Below, one piece after another: positions 1-6,571 of a DNA stretch of 16,860 bases. This stretch comes from Promethearchaeota archaeon (GTDB lineage Archaea > Asgardarchaeota > Lokiarchaeia > Sigyniarchaeales > SOKP01), in contig JBHLLU010000072.1 in the NCBI GenBank assembly GCA_048938895.1, positions 1 to 16,860 on the forward strand. The letters run 5' to 3'. Every line of letters starts with the position of its first letter. Position 1 is the stretch's first letter. The translations under genes and the position numbers were made by a program. The notes beneath the pieces were generated by a model that saw only the letters and a list, made by a program, of their open reading frames with translations, had not been told where the DNA came from and did no database searches.

Positions 1-387
1 CACCCAAAAGACCATAAATCTTTTGAGTGGGAAGTTCCTCCTAAACAGGGTCATTTTGGGGCTATTCATAGAGTAGATGAAGATATTGGTGGGATCACCA
101 CTACATTAAGAATCAGATGGGAAGATCCAAGTAGTTCACCAATACCTGTTGAGTTTGATCACATAGTAGCGGCGAGTGTACTTGATGATGATGACAATCC
201 AACCAGTTGGTTATTACATGAATATAAATCTATTGAAAATGGAGTAAAGTTACGCTCAACGTTTCGATTACCTGCTAGAGCTCCCAAACAGTTTATCGAA
301 GCGTTACGTAAGCATAACATTGAAGAGATAGGTGAATTTATAAACTTTTTACCAAAGTTGTATGAAGAAAATAAAAGTTCAAAGTAA
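1..387 (+). CDS. DAPG hydrolase (PhlG) family protein, 5'-truncated by window edge
   Basis: Not in the ORF track. Frame +1 is open from base 1 to TAA at 385-387: HPKDHKSFEW...GAIHRVDEDIGG...WLLHEYKSIENGVKLRSTFRLP...ALRKHNIEEIGEFINFLPKLYEENKSSK*. It matches, from memory, the PhlG-family motifs (W)HPxxH, HxxxExIG, HxxxxxxxGxxxRSxF and HxxxExxxxxxFLPxLY, which carry the His/Glu metal ligands. Confidence 0.8.
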   Translation, partial: HPKDHKSFEWEVPPKQGHFGAIHRVDEDIGGITTTLRIRWEDPSSSPIPVEFDHIVAASVLDDDDNPTSWLLHEYKSIENGVKLRSTFRLPARAPKQFIEALRKHNIEEIGEFINFLPKLYEENKSSK

Positions 388-416
388 AAATATAGACACC
401 TTTTGTAATAATATAG

Positions 417-435
417 AAAAAAGAAAAGATTTTTT
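417..435. terminator. Putative bidirectional oligo(T) terminator between convergent genes
   Basis: An A-rich tract AAAAAAGAAAA (417-427, T-rich on the - strand) and T6 (430-435, + strand) lie between the stops at 387 (+) and 449 (-). Archaeal intrinsic terminators are oligo-T tracts. Confidence 0.4.
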
Positions 436-448
436 ATATAATTATATG

Positions 449-1096
449 CTAAAGTTTTGCTTCTTCTTCAATCTTTATTGTTTCTGCCTTTTCCTCGACT
501 TTTTGGATTGATTGAAGAATCTTTTCGTGATAAGCACGTTCAATTTCTACAATTTTTTTAAGAACATTTTGCATTGTCTCAAGCTTCTTTTTATTGAATT
601 CTTCCGTGGCCATTTTTACATCCGCTTCTTCTTTAGCGGCTTTTTCTTGCGCAGCCTTCAATTTACTTTCAGCAGTTTCTAACTCATTTGGTTTTAGCTT
701 TTCTTTTGGTTTACTTTTTGACTTATTTAGGCTTTTTTCTGCCTTTTCAAGCTCTTTTGCTGCTTTTTCAGATTCACTTTGCTCTGTTTGGAGTTTTTTC
801 AAGTTAACTACAAGATCATTCAATGGTGCGATGTATTCATCTCGAAGTTTTGTTACTTTATCTAAACGTTCTTTTTCAATAGCTTCAAAAGTGTTTGCTA
901 ATGAACTTATTGCTTGTCCCAAAGAGGGAGTTTCGGTTTCAGCATAACTTTTTAATGCAGTAACAGAATCCTTAATTTCTTTGGAAACAGTTTCTTCTGC
1001 ATTGATATATCGATTACTCTCTTTGATTATTTCACTGATTTTATTATTTGCGATTCCCAAAGAATCGGATACATTATCTAAAAACTTTTTAAACAC
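449..1096 (-). CDS. BAR-domain-like three-helix coiled-coil protein (FAM92/CIBAR-like)
   Basis: 215 aa with all-helical heptad character. LKSYAETETPSLGQAISSLANTFEAIEKERLDKVTKLRDEYIAPL and FNKKKLETMQNVLKKIVEIERAYHEKILQ resemble recalled human FAM92A segments (INAYAATETPHLKLGLMNFADEF...[41 protein letters not shown]). The GTG start is preceded by AGGTGA (1108-1103) with 6-nt spacing. Confidence 0.75.
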   Translation of the reverse strand: MFKKFLDNVSDSLGIANNKISEIIKESNRYINAEETVSKEIKDSVTALKSYAETETPSLGQAISSLANTFEAIEKERLDKVTKLRDEYIAPLNDLVVNLKKLQTEQSESEKAAKELEKAEKSLNKSKSKPKEKLKPNELETAESKLKAAQEKAAKEEADVKMATEEFNKKKLETMQNVLKKIVEIERAYHEKILQSIQKVEEKAETIKIEEEAKL

Positions 1097-1363
1097 GATA
1101 TTTCACCTTTTACCGAATTTCAGTTAGAATAAGAAGTCAAGCTTAATAATTTTTTTGTCTAAAAATTATAAGCTGGGAAAAAATAGTGATAAATTATTTT
1201 GATACATTTTTCTACTCAAATTTTTATTAGTAAACTATAATCAATATTTTAAGAAAGAACTTGATAAATAGACTAGAACAGATATTATATTCATATAAAT
1301 ACCTATAAAATAATAACTTCAGTTGGGAGTGTAGTTACTAGTAATAAAAGAGGTTGTTTAAAT

Positions 1364-4300
1364 TTGAGAATGTTAGTTTTAAGTCATCGGAGTTCGTATT
1401 TCTCACCATCTATATTTTTAAAAATGCCTGAAACAATTCAGAGAGAAGACATCAATCAGGTTCCATTATTAATTGATATTTATGAAAAAGGTTTTTTTAT
1501 ACATACGTTTGGAACGTTTAAAACAGCAAATCTAATTTTTAACATCCCAAGTGAATATTCAAAAACAGGAAGTGAACGTCTTTTAATTTCATTAGTTGTT
1601 GATAGTGATGCTAAAATCAAATCGACGTTAGCTGAAGACTATTTAGAAGGTATAGTGGAAGAAATCAAAAAAATTAAAGATATTTTCAAAGCATTCTACG
1701 TAGATTCTATGTTTGATAAAGGAGATCCTATTAAATTTGGGGAATTAAAAAAATTGCTTGAAGTATTTTATAATTCTTTTTCTGAAGAAGAGGTCATATT
1801 TGAGCAGAAAGAGGCGAGAGTATTAATTTTCGGGCTTTCTCAAGCAGGAAAAACAACAATCATTAAAACCCGAAGAAAATCTGTAACAAAAACAACTTTT
1901 CCAACTATAAATGTGGACATCTCAAAAATTATAGTCAATAATGTATCTATGTTAACCTATGATATTCCTGGAAAGTATAAAGCGAAAGAAATTTGGAAAC
2001 CCTATCTTAAAAATCAGGATGGATTGATTTTTGTTTTGGATGTTACGGACACCATAAGATTTTCATATGCTCGTGAACTATTGCATGAAATTGCTGAGAA
2101 ACCAGGATTAAGCGAGTTGCCACTCCTAATCCTTTTTAACAAGACTGATAGAAAACGAGTAGATATAAAAGATCTAGAAGAAGCTATGGGTGTAAATGAT
2201 CTCAGATATAGACCCATGAAAACATTTTTGACTAGTGGGATTATGAATCAAAATATTGATGAGGCGTTTAATTGGCTTTCATTAAAAATTGCTGAACGAG
2301 CAGAATTATATACTCCCCGAACAGAAATTGGGTTAATTTTTTGCAAATGGGATGAAAATTTAGGGATTAAAATCGAAGCAGTGTATCCTAAAAATGCTTT
2401 TGAAAATCCTGAATTGATTTCTGTTAAGAGTTTTTCAATATCACAGTATCTTTTTGGTGGTGATGTATTTAGGCCAACCTCAGTAATTCTTCCATTTCCA
2501 CACCTAAAATCAAATGCAGCGATCTATTTTGATTCTGTTTCAGACGAAAGTATTAGGGGTGGAGCATTACCGTTATCCTTAATAGTTTATTACAATGAAA
2601 AAATTCCTAAAAACATAATTAACCAATTTAGCGCATTCATTCTTAAACATTTTGAAGACATAAAAAATAATTATCTAGATAAAAATCAGGTTATAAATAT
2701 TCTTGAGACTATCCATAGTGCTATAAATCATCAAATAAGTATATATCAACCATCGATTGAAGCACTTAAAACAGCAGAATTGCGTTATGAAGCTTTGTTT
2801 AAAGCTGCTCGCGATGCAATTTTGATAATAGATAGAAAATCAGGCATTATTATGGATGTGAACCAAGAAGCAGAACAATTATTTCAACGACCTTTTGAAG
2901 ATTTTATTGGATTGCACTCAAGTCAAATATTAAGTGGTATCATTGACATTGATTTTAACGAGGAAGTCTTTGAACAGCTTAATTATCCCTTTCCATTGAG
3001 GTTAGAAGTCATTGATAATGCAGGAAATTTAATTCCTGTTGAAATTAACCTGAGTGAAGTTCAAATAGGAGGTCAAATTTATATTCAATATATTATTCGA
3101 GATATTCGTAAGAGAATAGAAGCAGAAATTAAATTGAAGCATTCTGAAATAAAATATCGTTATCTCTTTAAAGAATCGCCTTATTCTGTTCTACTTATTG
3201 ATCCTAAAGGTGCTTTGGTAGATTTTAATCCTGTTTTAGAGAAAACATTAGGATATGTAAGAGAGGAATTAATCGGAAGAAAATTTGTAGATCTTTCAAT
3301 TATACATCAAGATTATATTGTCGATGTTCTTAGAAGATTGAAAAAAGAAGAAAGAGGCAAGCAATTTCCTCCATTAGAAATCCAAATTTATCAAAAAAAT
3401 GGTAATCTTATTTGGGTAAATATGCAAACTTCTTTTGTCGATATTGGTGATGATACTTTTTATCAAATTATTTGTCAAAACATAACTGAAGAGAAAAAAA
3501 TTGAGCAGGAACTAATGAAGATTTCAAGGTTTAAAGCGATTATTACAGCAATTACATCAAGGTTTGTAGGAATACAGGATTTTAGTCAAGCCATTATTGA
3601 ATCACTTAGAGATATAGGTGAATTTGTAAACGCAACGCGAGTCTATCTTTATATTCTCAATGAAAATTTTAATTTCATAAAAAGAAATTATGAATGGTAT
3701 AGAAAAGTTATGCATCCTCAAATATCTTTACCTGAAAATATAGAGATGAATAATTTTCCTTGGTTAACAGAGAAACTGTTAGAATCTGATTATTTGTATG
3801 TGAAAAGTGTAGACTACCTTCCTACAGAAGCGGTTAATTTGAAATATTTTCTTGAAAATCAAAGAGTGAAGAATCATTTAACCTATTCAGTAAAAATAAA
3901 TGGAATCTTAGAAGCATTAATCTGTTTTGATGATATTAATGATAGGGATTATTGGATTGAAGAAAATCTTGATTTAATAGGCATAATTTCAGACATTTTG
4001 AAAAATGTATTATTACGAAAATTAGCAGAAGAGTATTTACGCGTAAGTGAAGAAACTATTCATCAAGAATTTGATAGAGAGTATTTTTACAAGGAATTAT
4101 TTGTTAATGATATGAATTCTATCATAAACAACATTCAATTATCACTAAACGAATATGAAACGGTTGATAACCAACTTATATTGAAAAGTAAAAAAGAGAT
4201 ATTGGATTCAATTAAGGATCAATGCATTAACAGCAAATTTTTAATAGATATAATACATAAATTAACAATCTTAGACCAAACAAAATTCTTAATTGAGACC

Positions 4301-4735
4301 GTAAATTTAAATAATGTCATAAGTGATGTTAAGGAATTTATCACAAATAGTTATTCAAGTAAAAAAATTATTATAAATGTAGAACAACCTCCTGAAATTC
4401 TTTATGTAAAAGCAGATAAATTTCTAATTGATGTTTTTGTCAATATACTTATGAGTTCTATTAGATATAATATCAATCCAACTATTGAACTTAAAATTAT
4501 CGTCTTTAGAAGCTCACAGGATAAAATAAATTATATTAAAGTTGAATTCATCGATCACCAAAAAGAAATTCTTAATATCGGAAAAGATATGATCTTCAAA
4601 AAGGAAAGAGAAAAGGATAGTAAGATAAAAGAAATAATATTAGGATTTTTATTAGTTGAAAAAATTCTAAATAACTACAATGGCAAAATTTGGGTTGAAG
4701 GAGATTCCTTTGTTATATTATTACCTGAAGCTTAA
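1364..4735 (+). CDS. Multidomain signalling protein: longin/uDENN-like + Arf-like small GTPase + longin/uDENN-like + 2xPAS + GAF + degenerate histidine kinase (HisKA/HATPase_c)
   Basis: GTPase at aa ~150-310: G1 GLSQAGKTT, G2 PTI, G3 YDIPGK, Arf-like IWKPY and GLIFVLD, G4 NKTD, AFNWLS. Residues ~321-460 carry IFCKWDENLGIKIEAVYP...DESIRGG..LSLIV. PAS domains at aa ~471-583 (RYEALF..ARDAILIID...VN...RDI) and ~594-710 (KYRYLF..SP...LID..G...FN...LGY.REELIG...NIT). GAF at aa ~735-885 (RVYLY...EW...FPW...W.EE..DL). Kinase-like tail at aa ~900-1123 ending GKIWVE...FVILLPEA. TTG start with GAGGT 9 nt upstream; alternative ATG at 1370. Confidence 0.88.
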   Translation: MRMLVLSHRSSYFSPSIFLKMPETIQREDINQVPLLIDIYEKGFFIHTFGTFKTANLIFNIPSEYSKTGSERLLISLVVDSDAKIKSTLAEDYLEGIVEEIKKIKDIFKAFYVDSMFDKGDPIKFGELKKLLEVFYNSFSEEEVIFEQKEARVLIFGLSQAGKTTIIKTRRKSVTKTTFPTINVDISKIIVNNVSMLTYDIPGKYKAKEIWKPYLKNQDGLIFVLDVTDTIRFSYARELLHEIAEKPGLSELPLLILFNKTDRKRVDIKDLEEAMGVNDLRYRPMKTFLTSGIMNQNIDEAFNWLSLKIAERAELYTPRTEIGLIFCKWDENLGIKIEAVYPKNAFENPELISVKSFSISQYLFGGDVFRPTSVILPFPHLKSNAAIYFDSVSDESIRGGALPLSLIVYYNEKIPKNIINQFSAFILKHFEDIKNNYLDKNQVINILETIHSAINHQISIYQPSIEALKTAELRYEALFKAARDAILIIDRKSGIIMDVNQEAEQLFQRPFEDFIGLHSSQILSGIIDIDFNEEVFEQLNYPFPLRLEVIDNAGNLIPVEINLSEVQIGGQIYIQYIIRDIRKRIEAEIKLKHSEIKYRYLFKESPYSVLLIDPKGALVDFNPVLEKTLGYVREELIGRKFVDLSIIHQDYIVDVLRRLKKEERGKQFPPLEIQIYQKNGNLIWVNMQTSFVDIGDDTFYQIICQNITEEKKIEQELMKISRFKAIITAITSRFVGIQDFSQAIIESLRDIGEFVNATRVYLYILNENFNFIKRNYEWYRKVMHPQISLPENIEMNNFPWLTEKLLESDYLYVKSVDYLPTEAVNLKYFLENQRVKNHLTYSVKINGILEALICFDDINDRDYWIEENLDLIGIISDILKNVLLRKLAEEYLRVSEETIHQEFDREYFYKELFVNDMNSIINNIQLSLNEYETVDNQLILKSKKEILDSIKDQCINSKFLIDIIHKLTILDQTKFLIETVNLNNVISDVKEFITNSYSSKKIIINVEQPPEILYVKADKFLIDVFVNILMSSIRYNINPTIELKIIVFRSSQDKINYIKVEFIDHQKEILNIGKDMIFKKEREKDSKIKEIILGFLLVEKILNNYNGKIWVEGDSFVILLPEA

Positions 4736-4866
4736 ATAGGTGTCTAAATAGAAATTTATTCTTATTTTCTTGCGTTAGATTTAAAATCGTATATTGCTTA
4801 TATTTACAATGCTGTATACAAAAATGTCGTTGATTAAGACATTTAAATTTAAAGAAGGTGATAAAA

Positions 4867-5385
4867 ATGGAACAAAAAATGATGGATATCAATTCCAAAT
4901 TTGATGAATTACTGGAAGATCTAACAGAATCTTTACCCAAACAAATGCCTGCTGGTTGTGCTGAAGCAACCCTGAGAAATATATTAAAAGTACTAAATAT
5001 CGAGGATAATTTGATAAATAATATAATGGTGCCTTTATCAGGGGGATTAGGAGGCTATAAATCTGAAGAAGGGTGGTTTGGTCCCTGTGGAGCTGTGGTC
5101 GGAGGTTGTGCTGCAGTAGGGGCAATTTTGGCAGGAAAAGAACCCATGACGCAAGATGTAGTCATGCCGGCTTATATGAAATCTGCTCAATTTGCAAAAG
5201 AATTTGAGAAGGAATTCGGTACAGTTCTCTGTCCAAATTTATCTGGTTATGATTTTAGTGACCCCGCTGCCATGATGGAATATATGAAAGAGAATGTATG
5301 GGGAAAGAAGTGTTATAAGTATGTTCTTTGGGCTATTGATAATGTAAGAAAAATGATGAGTACAGAATTAAAAAAGAATTGGTAA
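4867..5385 (+). CDS. C_GCAxxG_C_C family putative redox-active protein
   Basis: Family pattern GCAEA...GGLG...GPCGAVVGG...FGTVLC...KKC. I moved the start from GTG 4858 (ORF track) to ATG 4867 because that GTG is part of the AGGTGA Shine-Dalgarno (4856-4861), 5 nt upstream of the ATG. Confidence 0.85.
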   Translation: MEQKMMDINSKFDELLEDLTESLPKQMPAGCAEATLRNILKVLNIEDNLINNIMVPLSGGLGGYKSEEGWFGPCGAVVGGCAAVGAILAGKEPMTQDVVMPAYMKSAQFAKEFEKEFGTVLCPNLSGYDFSDPAAMMEYMKENVWGKKCYKYVLWAIDNVRKMMSTELKKNW

Positions 5386-5404
5386 TCTTAACTAAACTAA
5401 ACCA

Positions 5405-5411
5405 TTTTTTT
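5405..5411 (+). terminator. Putative oligo(T) terminator
   Basis: T7 tract about 20 nt after the stop at 5385. Confidence 0.4.
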
Positions 5412-5482
5412 ATCTATATCCTTATTAACTCAATTCAATTATAATCAAATTAGGATCTTATTAGAAATTAAGGTGAAATTAA

Positions 5483-6520
5483 ATCACAGAAAATCAAAAA
5501 GTCACTAAAAAATCCCCTTTTGCAAATCTACTAACGTATATAGCAGGAAAAACTTATACACATGTAATATCTGTTGCCGCTAAATTGAATATTGCAGATT
5601 TACTAGCCAACGGATCAAAGTCAGTAGATGAACTCTCTATTGCCACAAAGACTCATGCTCCAAGTCTTTATCGAGTTTTACGAGTTTTGGATCGTATGGG
5701 TATATTTTTTGAAGAATCACCAGAAATTTTTTCATTAACAGAGGCTTCAGAGTTCCTAAAGACAGATTCTCCTTTTTCTGTAAAAGATTGGGCTATATTA
5801 AATGGTAGTGAATGGCACAGTAGATCTTGGATGAATCTTTTATATAGTGTAAAAACTGGGAGGCCTTCTTTTTGGGAAATATATGGAATGAAAGGTTTTG
5901 AATATTTTCAAAAGAATCAAGAAGATTATGAAGTTTTAAGTAAAGCGATGACGTTTTTCTCCAAAGGTCAAGCAAGACGAATAGTAAATTCCTATAATTT
6001 TTCTAATTTCAGAACTATCGTGGATATAGGAGGTGGGAATGGGTATCTTTTAGCAGCGATCTTAAAGAATAATCCCTCACTTAGGGGTATCCTATTTGAG
6101 TTACCCGAAGTGGTTGACGGAGCACGAGAAATACTAGAAAAGGAAAATTTATTAGACAGGTGTAGTATTATGGCAGGTGATTTCTTTCAAAGCGTTCCTA
6201 AAGGAGCAGATGCGTATATAATGAAATATATTATGCATGATTGGAGTGATGAAAATGCAAGAAAAATTTTACAAAACTGCAGAGAAAACATCGCTCCTGA
6301 TGGTAAGTTATTAGTTGTTGATAAGGTAATCTCTTTAAAGAATGGACTAAACGATGAAATAATGGGAGATATTGAAATGATGATACTTGGAGAAGGACGT
6401 GAACGTACAGAAGGTGAATTTCGAGAATTGTTTTATAGTGCTGGATTTAAATTGACTAAAATTATACCCACTGATTTACCTTTATTTATTATCGAAGGTG
6501 AAAGTATGAAATACTCTTAA
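5483..6520 (+). CDS. SAM-dependent O-methyltransferase (Methyltransf_2 plus N-terminal dimerisation wHTH; ASMT/CrtF/COMT-like)
   Basis: SAM motif VDIGGGNG, plus ILFELPEVV, GDFF..VP.GADAYIMKYIMHDW and G.ERT..EF..L...AGF. The ORF track starts at TTG 5585, but the frame is open from 5483 and encodes the conserved helix LLTYIAGKTYTHVISVAAKLNIADLL. The start is placed at ATC 5483 after AGGTGA (see findings). Confidence 0.9.
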   Translation: MTENQKVTKKSPFANLLTYIAGKTYTHVISVAAKLNIADLLANGSKSVDELSIATKTHAPSLYRVLRVLDRMGIFFEESPEIFSLTEASEFLKTDSPFSVKDWAILNGSEWHSRSWMNLLYSVKTGRPSFWEIYGMKGFEYFQKNQEDYEVLSKAMTFFSKGQARRIVNSYNFSNFRTIVDIGGGNGYLLAAILKNNPSLRGILFELPEVVDGAREILEKENLLDRCSIMAGDFFQSVPKGADAYIMKYIMHDWSDENARKILQNCRENIAPDGKLLVVDKVISLKNGLNDEIMGDIEMMILGEGRERTEGEFRELFYSAGFKLTKIIPTDLPLFIIEGESMKYS

Positions 6521-6571
6521 GGATCCTCTAGTATTGTAAAATCAATTCAGAGAAAAGAGGCTTGAAAATAT

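Noticed and set aside
594-947. 117-aa + strand Ser/Phe/Ala-rich ORF
   Set aside because: Antisense shadow of the Lys/Glu/Ala-rich BAR-like gene. Its composition is the codon complement, and it has no RBS.
2014-2217. 67-aa - strand ORF
   Set aside because: Antisense to the well-supported GTPase domain.
4713-5125. Two - strand ORFs (4713..4940, 4889..5125)
   Set aside because: They overlap the kinase tail, intergenic DNA and the C_GCAxxG gene on the opposite strand, and show no motifs.
5793-5975. 60-aa - strand ORF
   Set aside because: Antisense within the O-methyltransferase.
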